Assembly: GCF_963921235.1 (NCBI RefSeq)
Contig: NC_086097.1
Span: 127,722,001-127,786,000 of the forward strand
Reading direction: 5' to 3'
DNA length: 64,000 nucleotides
DNA from: Mobula hypostoma
Taxonomy: Eukaryota
Positions within the stretch are counted from its first letter, which is position 1. The number at the start of each line of letters is the position of its first letter. Shown one piece after another: positions 48,908 to 62,882 of the stretch. The translations under genes and the position numbers were made by a program. The notes under the pieces were generated by a model. The model was not told the DNA's origin. It saw only the letters and a list, made by a program, of their open reading frames with translations, and made no database searches.

Positions 48908-50224
48908 TTTTAGAGGGTGCAGAGGAACTTTACTAGGACAGTGCCTAGATTAGACAGCATGCTTATGTGGATAGGCTGAGTGATCTAGGGATTTTCCTCT
49001 TTGCAGTGAAGGAGGATGAGAGATGACTTGATAGAGGTGTGCAAGATGATAAGAGGCACAGATTGAGAGGATATCAGAGACTTTTGCCCCCATAGTGGAA
49101 ATTGCTAATATGAAGGCCATGATTTTAATGTGATTGATGATTGATGAGGAGATGTCAAAGGAATTTTTTTTTTATTTTTTTATTAAACATAGAACACACT
49201 GCCAGGGGTGGTGGTAAAGGCAGATACTTTAGGGCATTTAAAAGCTCTTAAATGGGCACGTGTATGCTAGAAACAAATGAAGGGCTATGTAGGACAGAAG
49301 GGTTAGATTGATCTCAAAGTAGGTTAACAGGTCAGGACAACATTGTGGGCCAAAGGCCCTGTACTGTGTTGTAACATTCTATTTTAATTCTCCACTACAT
49401 GGCATTACAGACAAAAAAACATACAAATGACAAATGTATCTTTCACTTCACTACTCCCATCAACAGTTCTTATTTACTGACTGTAGCACCAGCTTTCAAA
49501 AGCCCCGTTTGCCCATAATGGCATATTTAGTCTTGAGTGGCCTCCTAACACCTCAAATATAACCTCACCTGTAACTTGACCGTTTTCATCATGGAAGTCA
49601 GGGTAACATTTACTCTCACTTTCTAGTCTCACGGTCATTTCAAGTCACTATCACAGTCTTTTGCCACATCTTCAGATTTACTGATAACAGCTGCCTCCTC
49701 TTTGACTTAATACACTTTTCTTTTAAGACAACAGCGAGTACAGGCATTTGGCTGTGTTGCAGGCTGCCCTGGCTGCAGGTCATCAGAATTCCCGCCATTA
49801 CAAATCCTCACCGGCAGCTTCCTGTCAGGAGTGCTGCTTGAGGTTTGTGAGGGTTAACCACCAACAGCATTTGTATCATCTGGATTCCCTTAGTCATAGA
49901 GTGTTAAAGCACAGCAATAAGCTCTTCGGCCTTCCATGGCAATTTTTTGGTCACGTTGGATTAGAATGTAAAATGTTTATTATTCTTCTAGTTTAACTTC
50001 CTCTATGCTTGCTTGTAACTTTTATATAATATCTTAAAAGTGTATCATTCAGTGAATGTTCAGTAATTGTCCTAGAGCTGATTCTGTATTTTTCTAGAAG
50101 CTTCTCTGCAGCCTGTGTCACACAACTGAACCTATTTCATTCTTTTCATTGGAATGTCTTGTCATCTCTCTAGACTGAGCTGGTTTTTAAAAGTATAGGA
50201 CAACCGGAACTTCTTTGGTTTTTA

Positions 50225-50500
50225 TTTAGAGATACAGCATGCAACAAGTCTTTCTGCTTTCTGGCCCACTGAGCTGCACCACCCAGCAGCATAACTATTT
50301 AACCCTAACCTAATCACAGGACAACTGACAACAACAACCAATTAAGCTCCCAACCTGTACGTCTTTGGTCTATGGGAGGAAATCAGAACCCACGCGCTCA
50401 CAGGAAGAACATACAAACTCCTTACAGATGGCGCCAGAATTAAACTCCGAACTACAGAATGCCTATGTTGTAATAGTGTCATGCTAAATGCTACACTACC
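50225..50500 (-). mobile_element. HE1/V-SINE-like element
   Basis: tgggaggaaatcagaacccacgcgctcacaggaagaacatacaaactccttacag is a reverse V-domain-like sequence. Confidence 0.6.
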
Positions 50501-50599
50501 TTGATGCATCTCTTTTGTTCTCTCCTTTTTTCCCCTCTCTCTCTCTTACATTACAGCGAGTTGATTACTGTTATTTTTACTGTTATGAACACCTAATAA

Positions 50600-51560
50600 A
50601 TGCACTTCATTGTCTTCTGAAGAATCTTCTGGATCAGAACATCTTAAGATCCATTACACCAATCCCATTTGCCTGCATTAGGGCTGCATCCTTCTATGCC
50701 TGCCTATTTAAGTATTAGTCTTATTGTTTCTTAAAATTGTAGTTGTACCTGATTCCGCCACATCCCTGATAGTGCGTTCCAGATATCAATCACTCTCTGT
50801 GCAAAATGTTTACTCACAAGGTCATATATATAAAATATAAAAGCACGCATGTATAAAAATAAAATCTTCTATTAGGTTATCCATCGGCCTCCTTTGCTTC
50901 AGGAAAAGCAAGCCCAAATTATCCAAACTCTCTCCATAATTGGAGGGTTTGAGAGGGCACTGAAGAAGTTTACCAGTATACTGTTTCGATTAGGGGGCAA
51001 GTGCTATTAAGAAGAGGTTGGATAAGATTGTTTCCTCTGGAGTGGCACAGACTGAGGAAAGACCTGATAGAAAATTACAGAATTATGAGAGGCATAGATA
51101 GGGTTAAACAACCTTTATATTTGTTTTCATTTGGGGACAAGTTGTCTGTCTTGCTTAACATGCATTAAGGCAAGGGCTGTTTAAAGGTATGTTTAAAGCT
51201 GATGTGTCAAGCAAACATTTAGTTTGGAACAGGCAGTAGGTGGAATGTGTTGCCAGGGTAGGTGCAATAGTGATGTTTAAGAGGCTCTTTGATAGGCAGA
51301 TGATGTGCAGAGAATAGGAGAATATGGACCATGTACAAGGAGAAGGTGGTTCATTTAATGAGGCATCATTGCCTTGATTAGTTCAGTACAATATTGTTTA
51401 TCTTCTGTACGATTCTATGTTCCATGATTAAAGTTCTCTGATCCAGGGCATATCTGGTGAATCCTGTCTATGCTTTCTCCAGTTGATCACAAGTCAACAA
51501 CCAGAACTGCTTATACTGCTCAATCTCGTCACTGAAAGTTGTTACAGACTTGTCCAGATC
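50600..51560. mobile_element. Nested CR1 3' fragments (plus-strand piece about 50940-51420 within a minus-strand piece)
   Basis: The plus piece has gacctgatagaa..aattatgagaggcatagatagggt. The flanks are reverse CR1 tail sequence. Confidence 0.55.
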
Positions 51561-51619
51561 TCTTTGTTCCCTGGAGATATTCCCTTACCAGACTCCCATT
51601 ATAGCAACATCCATTCAGT

Positions 51620-52320
51620 TTCTATTGATGCAATTATGAAGAAGGCGGGCCAGTGGCTATATTACATTCTGAGTTTGAGGCAATGTGGTATGTTACCAAA
51701 GACACTAGCAAATTTCTACAGATGCTCTGTAGAGAGCTTTCTGACTGGTTGTATCACCGTTTGGTATGGAGACTCCAATGCACAGGATAGAAAAAGCTGC
51801 AGAATATTGCAGACTCACCCGGCTCCATGATGAGCACTAGCCTCCCCACCATCAAAGATTTCTTCAAAAGCTGCCATCTATCATGAAAGACACCCACCAT
51901 CCAGGCCATATCTTCTTCTCATTACTACCATCAGGCAAGAGGTACAGAAGCCTGGAGACTTGCATTCAATGTTTTAGAAATAGCTTCTTCCCCTCCAACA
52001 TCAGACTTCTGAATGGTCCATGAATACTATTCTGCTATCTTTCTGCATTATTTATATTTTAAATATTTCTTATCGTGACTTACTGTACAGTCACTTTTTA
52101 AATGTATTGCATTGTATTGCTGCCACAGAACATTTTATGACATATGTCAGTGATAACACATCTAAACACGAGGAAGTCTGCAGATGCTGGAAATCCAAAG
52201 CAACACACACAAAATGCTGGAGGAGCACAACAGGGCCAGGCAGCATCTATGGAAATGAATAAACAGTCGATGTTTCAAGCCGAGAATCTTCTTCAGGACT
52301 CTAATACATCTAATTCTGAT
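51620..52320 (+). mobile_element. Rex1/Babar-type LINE 3' end
   Basis: KKAGQWLYYILSLRQCGMLPKTLANFYRCSVESFLTGCITVWYG. Confidence 0.8.
52166..52301 (-). mobile_element. Mini PLE insertion consisting only of a hammerhead and tail
   Basis: Hammerhead remnant at 52265-52300, flanked by taacacatctaa / taatacatctaa. Confidence 0.75.
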
Positions 52321-53273
52321 TTAAAAGCTTCCCTATAACTTGAAGAGTGGTGCAGGTATTCTGTTATGTCCCTTTTAAGAGTTACCTGCAAAGACATCAC
52401 CTGCAGCACATCAGCAGGGAACACTGCACTGAAAGCATAATTATCACCTTCAGTATGACATTACACAGGGGAAACCGGCAACATTACTTTGAAAACAATG
52501 CTTGTTTAAGAGAAAACTGTCAACAAAATTTAGACTACTCATATTGTTATTTTTTTTATATACCATAAGTAGCCGGGAGTAAAATCCTGTCCAAAGTTTA
52601 TTAAAAAAAAATTAAAGGACATATTTTTTCATTCAAGACCCACTTACATCTCTTGCTATATTATGAACCTTAACCAGAGGATCTCACAGATTTATTTCCA
52701 TGCAAACCAATGGAGAAATATCAGTCGCACTTCTATCCACCTGATTCTTCAGTGTCACAAGTGGGCACTTTGACGAGGTTCCCTCTCCATGTACAGCTCC
52801 ATGAAGAGGCTGGGCAAAGCACAGCAGCCTACCTAACAACAAACTGCTGACAGTGAGTTCTGACTAGATGTTTGTTATGCTTCATGCTACCATTGTCAGT
52901 GAATGCTTGACAGTTTGCCAACAATTTAATGCAAAACTGGTCTAGTCATCAACTTTCACAGAACCAAAGCGTATCATAACATGTTCACATTGAACATCAA
53001 TTGTGTATCACAAACTGAATGTAAAGATGATCTTCCAACAAGATACTTGAAATACAAGGCATTATGCAACAATTCAATTTTAAGACTCACCATACTGGGT
53101 GGTTTAGCTTTAAAGAACAAAAACACCTTGCTCAAAATACAAAGTGCAAGGCATGCAGAACAAAGGGCATTTTATAATCTTTCAATAGTTTGAAAGTCAT
53201 GTACATAGTAATACCTTTACAAACCTACTGAAATAACAGGACAACTAAGTAGTGAGTGATTTAAATTACTTAC

Positions 53274-53371
53274 CATTTCTGAATTTGAACCATTATGCAA
53301 TTTCATAGCTTTCTCTTGTACATTTCCAATAGCTGCATCTGCACAAAGGGCCATTGATATAAGCGCTATTC
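53274..53371 (-). CDS. SLC35B3: PAPS transporter 2, coding exon (98 bp)
   Basis: ccttcag|..|gtaagt. Encodes (G)IALISMALCADAAIGNVQEKAMKLHNGSNSEM. Confidence 0.97.
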
Positions 53372-54179
53372 CTGAAGGACACAGATTTTCAAAATGACCT
53401 TAAGCTTAATAAATACAATGTGCATCTTATTAAAGGATATAAAAGGACTTTCCGACAAGTCTGTAACACAATTTTACATCTTTAACATCTCATATAACGT
53501 CTCACTTCAGTAACTCCAAAGCAAACTTTATAATATTCATACAACTTAAAATTTCTATATTAAATTTCGTATTTAACACTTGATCAGCTTAAATTGCCCA
53601 CAAATAGTGAAACAAGATTAGCATCAGTGGCTGTGGGAATAAATGCAAACAATTAAATTTACAAATGTTATGGGATTCATAGGCACCAAAAATCATGCAT
53701 TTATCAGTAGTAAACTACTAAATAAATCTGCGGTTACACATGAAATAAAAACAGAAAATTCAGAAGACAGAATTTCAGTAGGTTGGGCAGCATCTATGGA
53801 GGGAAATAAACAATCGACACTTTGTACCGAATCCCTTCATCAGTCATAGTGGAGATGGAAAAGGATGTACTGAGGAAATAAAATCAATGGCTTTCTTGGG
53901 AGACAAAATCCTGATAAATAGTTTGTGTTGAAATACCTAACAGTAAAGAATTAAGTGGACATCTTTCTTCCACACCTTTAGCCTCAAACCTCACGTGTAC
54001 CTCCTCCTAATATCTGGTAAAACTATTGTTTCAATGTTTTCCTGCCTTGATTTTATTCCTCCTCCCCATGTGCAGCCTTTTTTCACCTACAGCCATACTT
54101 CTAATGTCACTATCACTTTGATGCTTTCTACTTTCATGGTCCCAACTGACTCAGCTTCCTTCCATATATCAAATCTCTC

Positions 54180-54835
54180 CACACTTTGATCTCACACCAG
54201 ATTAACGTGACAATATTTCATTAGGGACAGACCTCCAAACAGTCTCACACTACAAATCACATTCACTTACCCAGAAGCACTGGTTCTTACATTGAACAAC
54301 CTTCCTTTCTACTACATTCACAAGCCTATTAACTGTCCTGGTTTCTGTCCTCTGTCTTTATTCCTCCCCTGCTTTTCCAGTAGGATGATGGTTGTGTGGA
54401 TTCTGATGCCTTCATTTGTACAGAACTTGGAAATTTCATCAATCTTTACTACTAATTTCTATCCTACTCTCTCTTCAATTTTGTAACTCCACCTCAGGAG
54501 ATAGGCAGGTAACCAATATCCATGATAACCCCATTATATGTGGACTAAACCTCCCTCCACCCTGCTTTCTGCAAGGAACCTTCCATTATCTGTTTCTCCA
54601 GTTCCATATCTGCTCTGTTGACAGACTCTCCACATTAGGGCTTCCAAAGTGTAAACACAAGAGATTCTGCAGATGCTGGAAATGCAGAGTAACACACTAA
54701 ACAGTAAACAAATAAACAAAAGGTAGTTCTGATGAAGGTCTCGGCCTGAAACATCTACTATTTACTCTTTTCCATAGATGCTGTCTGGCCTGATGAGTTC
54801 CTCAGCACTGTGTGCATGTGCGTGCGTGCGTTGCC
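54180..54835 (+). mobile_element. Old PLE RT remnant followed by a fold-back PLE terminal-repeat piece (about 54652-54835)
   Basis: TNFYPTL and SGDRQVTNIH are homologous to PLE RT. Hammerhead TAGTT CTGATGA AGG TCTCGG CCT GAAA CA TC TACTA at 54724-54760. Confidence 0.65.
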
Positions 54836-56339
54836 ACGAAGGATGAGGTGGCTCGCATTGCAGATGCAAAAGAAATAGGATAGTTTGTAAACATATTTAC
54901 CATTTGACTTGGGGAAATTATGACTGGAGAAATAGAATTTTAAAAGAGGCAAAATGAATTGAACAAAATAAGCTGTTCAAAACAGAATTCAGAGGAGTCA
55001 GGGATAGAGATTGGTTTCGTAACAAAAGCCTTATTGGCCTCAGAGTGGAAGTTATTCCAAAGCAAACATAATATGGAAGATACAGGAAGTGGTAAAAAAT
55101 TTAGAAGTCATGAGCCAAGTATAAATCAGAAACATGATACATATCATTCAATGAAAGGTAGTTAGCACACAAAAAACATTCTGGACAAAAATGACGAGTG
55201 GGGAAAAAACGTCTGTTGAACTTGTGGCACAGCCCACTCAAAATGATGGTGAGCTGAATGACCAATATACGAATTGGTCAACAAGATAGGTGCCAAAGGA
55301 GTGTGTTATCGGGATTTGCTGTTAATCTAAAAAGGTAATGATGTGCCTCAATAATCCTGTGTCGAAGTTTGGGAGAAGACCTTACTTAGGCTCTTAACCA
55401 CCTGGTGACTGCAATTCGCTGGCCCTCTAGTTAAACCACTTTCTATTGCTTCAACTGAATTTTGTCTAGGAGGCTAGTTTTTCTTTATATTTATTTCACT
55501 ACTGCACTTAGAAGAAAGAATTTTGCTTCTCAAGGCAAAACTGTCCAGTACAAATCGGATTTAGTTGGGATTATACGCATGCCAAGATATCTTACTCCTG
55601 CAAGGAAGCTGCTGGTCAATGAAAATCCAGGTGCTTCTGTGTTATTTTGTGTGCCCAGAGATACAAAAAAAAAAGTTGCAAATCTATGTTAGGAAAGTAA
55701 ATTTAGTTGCTGATGTGACTGTCAGTCACTTTATCAGCCCCAAGGCGATTGACCTCATGTCTATGCACTATCTGAAAGTTAATACTCAGTATATCAAAAC
55801 TGTTTATATAAATAATATCCAAATTCCAAGGAGCTCACAGCCAACATCAAATTGGCTTATTTATCTTCAATAAAAAATATTTTTAAAATATATTTATATC
55901 TTTTACAAGAAATTTAATTATTCAATGACCTAACTGAACTCCAATTTTGTTTTTATAATTGAAAACATGCACACATATCCCTGCTTTTAGGTTATATTAC
56001 ATTCCGTGTCAAATTTCATCACTAATCTAGAAATGCTCTCTCAGTGATTTACATATTTATGCAGCAAAGTGCAATTGTATTGGCAGATATGCAAGAATTA
56101 GACAGCAAAAGGAATTCAAGATGTTCCACAAATAGTACTAAGTTCAAAAGATGTGACTTTAATCATAAATGCATTGAATTAAATTTACATGCTTTTATAC
56201 ACAAGTTCTCAACTATAAGATATCAAACTCCATAACACACAATTACAAGATGGAAAATATACTATATTCAGAAGTGATAGAAAGGACAAGAGGCAAATAC
56301 TTAATAACAATACTTTTCAAAAGTAACGATATGCCTTAC

Positions 56340-56447
56340 CTGCAAAATTGAAGTTGGGTGCCACTTTGCTATCAGCCAAAGTGAACCAAATTAGACCAAA
56401 ACTCATACAAAGTGCAGCCGAAACATCTATAAAATTGTAGCGTTTGC
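56340..56447 (-). CDS. SLC35B3: PAPS transporter 2, coding exon (108 bp)
   Basis: ctgacag|..|gtaagg. Encodes (G)KRYNFIDVSAALCMSFGLIWFTLADSKVAPNFNFA. Confidence 0.97.
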
Positions 56448-56774
56448 CTGTCAGAATGAAATCATATTAATAAATAGCTAAGAATGTATATTGGTGTGTT
56501 GCTCCATATTATACAAATACAAATCTTTCAAACCACAAAATTTACATCAGATTTTAGGGATGAATAATGGGAAAGTGGTGAGTTATGCAAGATTTTAGGA
56601 ATTAGCAATAACTCAAAGAAAATTGTGTGACAGGATGACTAAAATCAATTTGAAAAATAATTGAGATTAACACTGCCTGTGAATAATAGCAACAAATTTT
56701 ATCCATATCCTTGAAAGTTATTTTCTTATAAAATTTTGTAAAATGTTATCCAGCTTTCAAAAAAACAGAATAGA

Positions 56775-57135
56775 TACAACACATGCAAAATACTGGAGGA
56801 ACTCTGCAAGAAATGCATCATCTATGGAGGGAAACAGTTTCGGGACAAGACTCTTCATCAGAACTGGAAAGGAAGAGGCAGAAGCCAGAATAAGATGATT
56901 GGGTGCGGGGCGGGGGGTAGAAGAGGGAGGAATACAAGCAGCCAGGTGATAAACAAGTCCAGCTGAGGGGGAAGGTGGGCAAGTGGGTGAAGGTGGATGA
57001 AAGGGAATGATGTGAGAATGCGAGGGGTGATAGGTGGAGGAGGTAAAGAATAGGCTGAAGGAGGAATCCGATACACGAGGCCAGTGAACCAAAGAATAAA
57101 AAGGACGGACATAGGAAACCAGAAGGTGATGGACA
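56775..57135 (-). mobile_element. Old PLE terminal repeat
   Basis: Tail followed by minus-strand CTGATGAAGAGTCTTGTCCCGAAACTGT and the purine-rich UTR tract. Confidence 0.7.
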
Positions 57136-57779
57136 GATTTCCAACTTGTGTCTACAAAATATATATAGTATCTCATTAAAATGGTGCATTTATCCATCCT
57201 TTGCACAACTGAGATTTTATTGGTATCTGCCAACACACAAGTCCCTAAACAATACTACCAAAAAAAAATTCTCAAATCATCTGTGTTAATGTTATTTGAA
57301 GACCTTGATGCATAAATCAATAACAATATCTCAACAATATTTTATGGCCCCGGAAGCATTTTGTGAAGGATGCTAGATCATTTCAAGTTCACTTGCTCTT
57401 TTGAACAATCGACTATTGCAACCAGCTAGAACAACCCATTGTTTCTCTTTCCTTCTGATGACAGGCTCTTAACCGAAACATTAACTCAGTTTCTCTCTTC
57501 AGATGCAGCTTGACCAGTTGAATATTTCAATCACTGAGTCTTTGTTACAAACTCCACTTACCTCCAGCACAACATCCTCCCACATGCCAATAAAATATTC
57601 AGGTAAGAACACGACACCCCGAGGCTCATAGTCCTCAACACTCTATCCTGCACTGTCCCATTCATCCAGCAGTCCCATTCTCAATTAACCACAATGGATC
57701 ATGCCATTTAACACATCAAGTATTAAAACAACTAAGGAATGCCTAGGAAGAGTGACCGCACAGGTAAATATGGTGGTGA

Positions 57780-58350
57780 AGACTGCATATGACATTCTTA
57801 ACTGCATAGGTCAGGCATGAACTATAAAGGTTATAACATAATGTTACAACTTTACAAAATATTAGTTAGACTGCAGTTTGTGTACTATGTGCAGTTCTGG
57901 TTGCCACACCATAAGAAGGATGCAGTTTGCACTGGATCTAATGAAGAGAAGATTCATCAAGAGGTTGTCTGGATTTTAGTTATGGGGAAAGTTTAGACTG
58001 GATGGGTATGTTATTTTTGGAGGGAAAGAGGCTGTGGGATGGCATATAAAATTATAAGAGGCATAGTTTGATAGATTTTTCCTATCAAAAAACGAGAGGG
58101 CAGGGTTTTACAGTGAGTGGAAGGAGCTTTAAAAAGAACATGAAGGGATTTTTTAAAAAATATACTGAAAATGTTTGCTATTTGGAACTCACTCCCAGAG
58201 GCGGTGGTTGAGTCAGGTACAATCATTGCACTTAGGACATATTTAAACAGAAATTTAAATAGGAAAGGCATAGAAGGATATAGACCTAACATGGGCAAAT
58301 GGGATTCATGTTAATGGGCAAAAGGTTCTGCATGGTGCAACCCGTGTTCT
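57780..58350 (+). mobile_element. Decayed CR1 3' fragment
   Basis: MLQLYKILVRLQFVYYVQFWLPHHKKD-like sequence and tggaactcactcccagaggcggtggttgag. Confidence 0.7.
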
Positions 58351-58935
58351 TCAGCATGATTCTAGGATATCCTTTTGGTTCTATTTTTAATCGCCATGGT
58401 TGCTACGTTGCAGCCTCACAATCATGTGTTCAAGCTTGATATTTTTAAGTTTCCTGTCTCTTGTATCACTTCAACAGTTTAGTTCATTAATACTTTTTCT
58501 TTAGAACCTATTTCATGAACCAGCTTTTTGTTTATTCTGTAATCTTTTTAATCAATTAGTCCACTGTTAGTTATTCTTGAGCCGCCACTGAAGAATATTT
58601 CTACATTTTAAGACATGAAAGGGCATCAATAAATTCAAAATGTTAAATTAGTAAAGTCCAAGGATATTGGTTATCTGTTAAGGACGTACAATTTAATAAA
58701 GACTCAAATAAGACTGAAAAGGTGATAGTTTTGAAGAGCAGTGGTTTTTAAAGGGAATTTATGAGGGAAATGTCTGAACTCTGAATCAATATATGGTCAT
58801 ATTACATTGATCCATAGTCCTTTTGAAGACTTTCTATGCTTACAAGATGTTTGTAGCAATAACATCAGTAGAGCTGTACCAATTCTTTCAGCCACAGCTT
58901 GAAAATGATTATAGTCAGATTGCAAAAGCACCATG

Positions 58936-59777
58936 TGTGACAAAAGCCAAGTTATCAGAAGATTGATGCCGATGAGAGAGATAAGAGAGACAATGGGGAA
59001 ACATTCAGAAATGTTAATGGGAGACGAGAGAGATTAACGAAAAGACACACAGTTCCGAGTATTGTCAGACCGGTTCCTTTGAACCTGAACTGTTTGAAGT
59101 TTGATGGACAGGCGATACCCCAGCAGGGGGATAAAAGGAACAGGTTCGCTAAGGCAAGGGACACACCACAAAATCACGAGGTAACGAGACCCTGGAAGTG
59201 CGGTGCGCCCCCCCACAAGTTGGTGGGAGTTTTTTTTGGAGGTCTGGTCACAGGACCGACCATAGATGCACAGGGTAGAAAGGTACGATCGGCGGGAACA
59301 TGGTGTGTGTGTCCGCCCTTGCCTGGGTGCCGGGTTCACCGCAGAAGAACGATTGTATCTGGAACGGAGGGGTCACAGTTGGTGACCTCAGAAGACATTA
59401 CAAAGGGCTCGCCCGAAAGCTAACTGCGAGGAATATCAAAGGTCTGTTTGAATTCGATTTGAATATCATCATTCGCTCTCTCTCTCTAACGACACAACAG
59501 CGATTACTGCGAACTGTATTCAGCTGAACTGAACTCTGCGTCACTTGAGACTGATCATTTACCTCTAGACTGCGATAGAGCTTGATTGATTCCTATTATC
59601 CTAGTTCTGTGTACATGCGTGTTTTATCATTGCTAACCTTTTGCATTTATATCCATACTATTAGAATACTGTGTTACTTATTTCTTTAATAAAAACTTCC
59701 TTAGTTCCAGTAATCCAGACTCCAACTAAGTGGTCCATTTCTGCTGGTTTGGCAACCCAGTTACGGGGTATGTAACA
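58936..59777 (+). mobile_element. Solo LTR (Gypsy-like), 842 bp
   Basis: TGTGACA...TGTAACA termini, perfect 4-bp TSD CATG (58932-58935, 59778-59781) and AATAAA at 59688. Confidence 0.88.
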
Positions 59778-60293
59778 CATGCAACACTCATCTATTTAAC
59801 CGGCAAACTTCACAGCAAACATAAAAATGAAGTTTCACGATATATTTTGTGTTTTACAACTTAGAGTGAGAGGTTGGAAAAGCCAAGAAGAGTGTTATTG
59901 AAGTGGTTAGCTTAAATTGGCAATTTACTGCACAAATCTAACAAATACTTACATTAATCAATATTTTAATTCAATGACTTGCATAGAATCATTAAATTCT
60001 TAAGTCACATTTAAAAGAATTAAGTGTGCAAAAGGTGCAAATTGAAAGCATATTTATGAGAAATTATTCCAGTCAAAAACTCAGAAGACAACTTTCGTAC
60101 CTGATATTGTGATGATAAAGTTGTCAAACACATTAGAACAACATTCTGTAATATCATCCACTTAGTGCTGTCTTATTTACTAAGGGGGGTTGAAAAAGAA
60201 CTGCATACAAAGTTTTACTTTGCAAAAAAACAATTAATGATGACGTTGCACTTTAGGAACTGAATTATTCTGTAATTTACAACTCCTGTGTAC

Positions 60294-60448
60294 CTTGTAT
60301 GAAGACTCCTCCTATCATTACAGGAATCAACTTGCAGCACTTAAAAATTACTTGAGTTGGATAATTCAGATAACCAAGCGAGGTATTTGATAATCCCATA
60401 GTTGCCACTGTTAGAAATGCTATCATCATATATGTTTTCCACGGGATT
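60294..60448 (-). CDS. SLC35B3: PAPS transporter 2, coding exon (155 bp); most 5' exon found in the window
   Basis: ttttacag|..|gtacac. Encodes IPWKTYMMIAFLTVATMGLSNTSLGYLNYPTQVIFKCCKLIPVMIGGVFIQ, the SLC35B signature region. Confidence 0.98.
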
Positions 60449-62099
60449 CTGTAAAATAAGGCATAAAGAAGGCTTATAAATCAAATTAAGTTAATTTTGG
60501 TGCTTAATATGCTTTGTTTATAAACCATGGTATGTAGTCTTTGTTTACAATGTTTATATACTACAGTAAAGAAAAAGCAAAACGTTTCCTCAGTGACTAT
60601 GTTCATTTAGATTTTAATCAAAAATGCTTCAGCAAAATATTCAAATTTGTAAATACATAAAACACATACCCTGAAGTATTATCTTCTGCTGCATTATGCT
60701 TAAAGTTCATATTCATTCGACCAAATTTAAATTCTTTTTTGTTTCTTGTTACAATCCCTTTCTATATTAACTTCAATACCAATGTACCCAATTCAGTATA
60801 CTATGTCCTTATTATTCTCTGACTTGCTATCTGTGGAGCTGCATATTTGTGCAGCCAACCCTAGGCAACATTTCAAATTTGTCCTGAAGGCAGCAAAAGA
60901 GTAGTAATATGTATCTGACTTCCAAAGAATTTGTTATGTCTTTGGAGGAATCACTGCCAGTGGTCTTAGTGTTATCTGTAGTTTTTTGTTATTTACTGAA
61001 AATCTATACCCTTATCCCTTGCGAATAATGAGGACTATTTTTAATAATGTGAACTATTTTTAATGGTGACAGAATAGGAAATATTAATATTCAAAGGGGA
61101 TGATGCATCCTTAGGATAAGCATTCAGCAATTAGGAAAGCAAATGGTATATTTTGTAGTCTTGTCTTCTCACCTAATGACTGATAAATCTGCTATGAAGA
61201 TTCATTAAACTTTTTCCTGGGATTGTAGGCTTGCTATCTGGTGCAAGATTGAGTCAACTAAGTATGAGTTCTGGAGTCTATTGACAATGTCTTTGAAACT
61301 AACAAAATTCTTACAGCGTTTAAGGCAGAGAGGCTGCATCTGTCCAGTGAGGAGCCTAAAATCAGGGATTGCAGTCAGAATAAAGGATGATGATTTAGGA
61401 CTCAGAGAAGAAAGAATATTCTCACTCAGAATGGTAATACTTGAAATCTTCCAAACCAGATACCGTGGTGGTTGGTCATCAAGTTCATTCAAAGGCAGAT
61501 TCAAAGACTTCCAGATGTTAGGGAATCAAACGAAATTGGGACAGTGCAGGAAAGAATATATGAAGCAGAAAATCAGACATGATCTTAATGAGTGTCAGAG
61601 AAGGTTCAAAGTCCCAGATGACCAATTCATACTCCCAATTCTTGTTACATTTATATTTTGCATTAGATTTAAGCATACTTTTTACTTTATATTAAATTGA
61701 AAAAAGTAAAGCAAATTCTTTTTCTTCTTTGGCAAGCAAGAATGTTTTACTTCCACTTGCATTCCGAGTCCCATAAGAGAGGTACTTTCTCTGTCATGGG
61801 TGGGCAGGTGGTGCTTAAAAGGACTGGTAGGTGGGTTGAGACGCTGTATGCTCCTTCTGCTGTTTCTGCACACCCATGCTGGACAGGGCTGAAATATTCA
61901 ATGCTTTCTCCCAATGTTTGAGGAATTTCATTTAGGTTTGTTGAGTATCTATTCTAGTTATTTGACAAAAAAAAGCTGTATCACTGATATCCACAAAGCT
62001 ATACCAATTTCATAACATTTTAAAAGAAATTAAGTTCATGCCTAATGCTAAATTTAGAAGATTAATCATAAATATTCAGATTAAGTTTAAACTAAAATA

Positions 62100-62882
62100 C
62101 AGTGGATTCCGGTTAATTGCGCCAGCAGCTTATGTGGTACATCTCTTAAAGAACAAAAACTATTCGAGAAAATAGCTAGGATTCCCTTTGTTTATTTAGG
62201 ATACTATGCTGTTTAATTGGTATAGGAGACTGTTACCAAACAGTTTCTAACTAGTCATGTGCACTTGTGTGGCTGTTAAGATACTATACCATACTCAATG
62301 CAAACAATTTCAAAATAGCATGAGTTGTGAGTACTTATGTTTAAAAAGCAGTGATTGTTTGTCACTGACAGTTGGCATGAAATAAGCAGGAAGATAATTC
62401 ATAACTGTTTTGCTCACTGCAGTTTCAAGCATCCAGGCTTGGAGATGCCAGAAATGGCTGGGAGTGAAAACAAAACGATTTCACTACTTCAACAAGTTAG
62501 GACCTACAAAGGCTTTGAAAGTATTGATGATCATCTTGAATGTTAAGATGAAAATGAAGATTTGGAGGATGCATTGTATGAAGGCAGTCCATTATCTACA
62601 ATGGGTGTCTGCTTGGATTTTGTTCATTTACAGTCAAAAGTACACACAGCATGCCGCCAATAGCTATTAGGAACTAATATAGTTTTATAGTGCTGTAGCA
62701 GTATTTCTAGTGTCCTAATTTATTCTGTATTTCACTTATCTATATAATTTGTTACTCAGTTTGTGATCTTTAAAAAAATACCTTTTTAACTATTTCCATG
62801 AAACTTTGGCTAATTGGGGCAGCTGCTTAATTGGGCCAAGATGTATTGGTCCCGATCTATCCCAATTAACCGGAATCCACTG
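62100..62882 (+). mobile_element. Non-autonomous pogo/Tigger DNA transposon
   Basis: Perfect 20-bp TIRs cagtggattccggttaattg / caattaaccggaatccactg, a left TA flank, and transposase C-terminal remnant FVTDSWHEISRKIIHNCFAHCSF. Confidence 0.88.

Larger units (their letters stand above)
44320..49385 (+). mobile_element. Decayed CR1 LINE interrupted by a PLE dimer and a hAT MITE
   Basis: SQHGFVRDRLC..LTEFFEDV..MDFRKAFDKVP before 45696; SGVPQGSILEPLLF and LYKTQVRPHLEYSVQFW after 48218. Confidence 0.88.
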
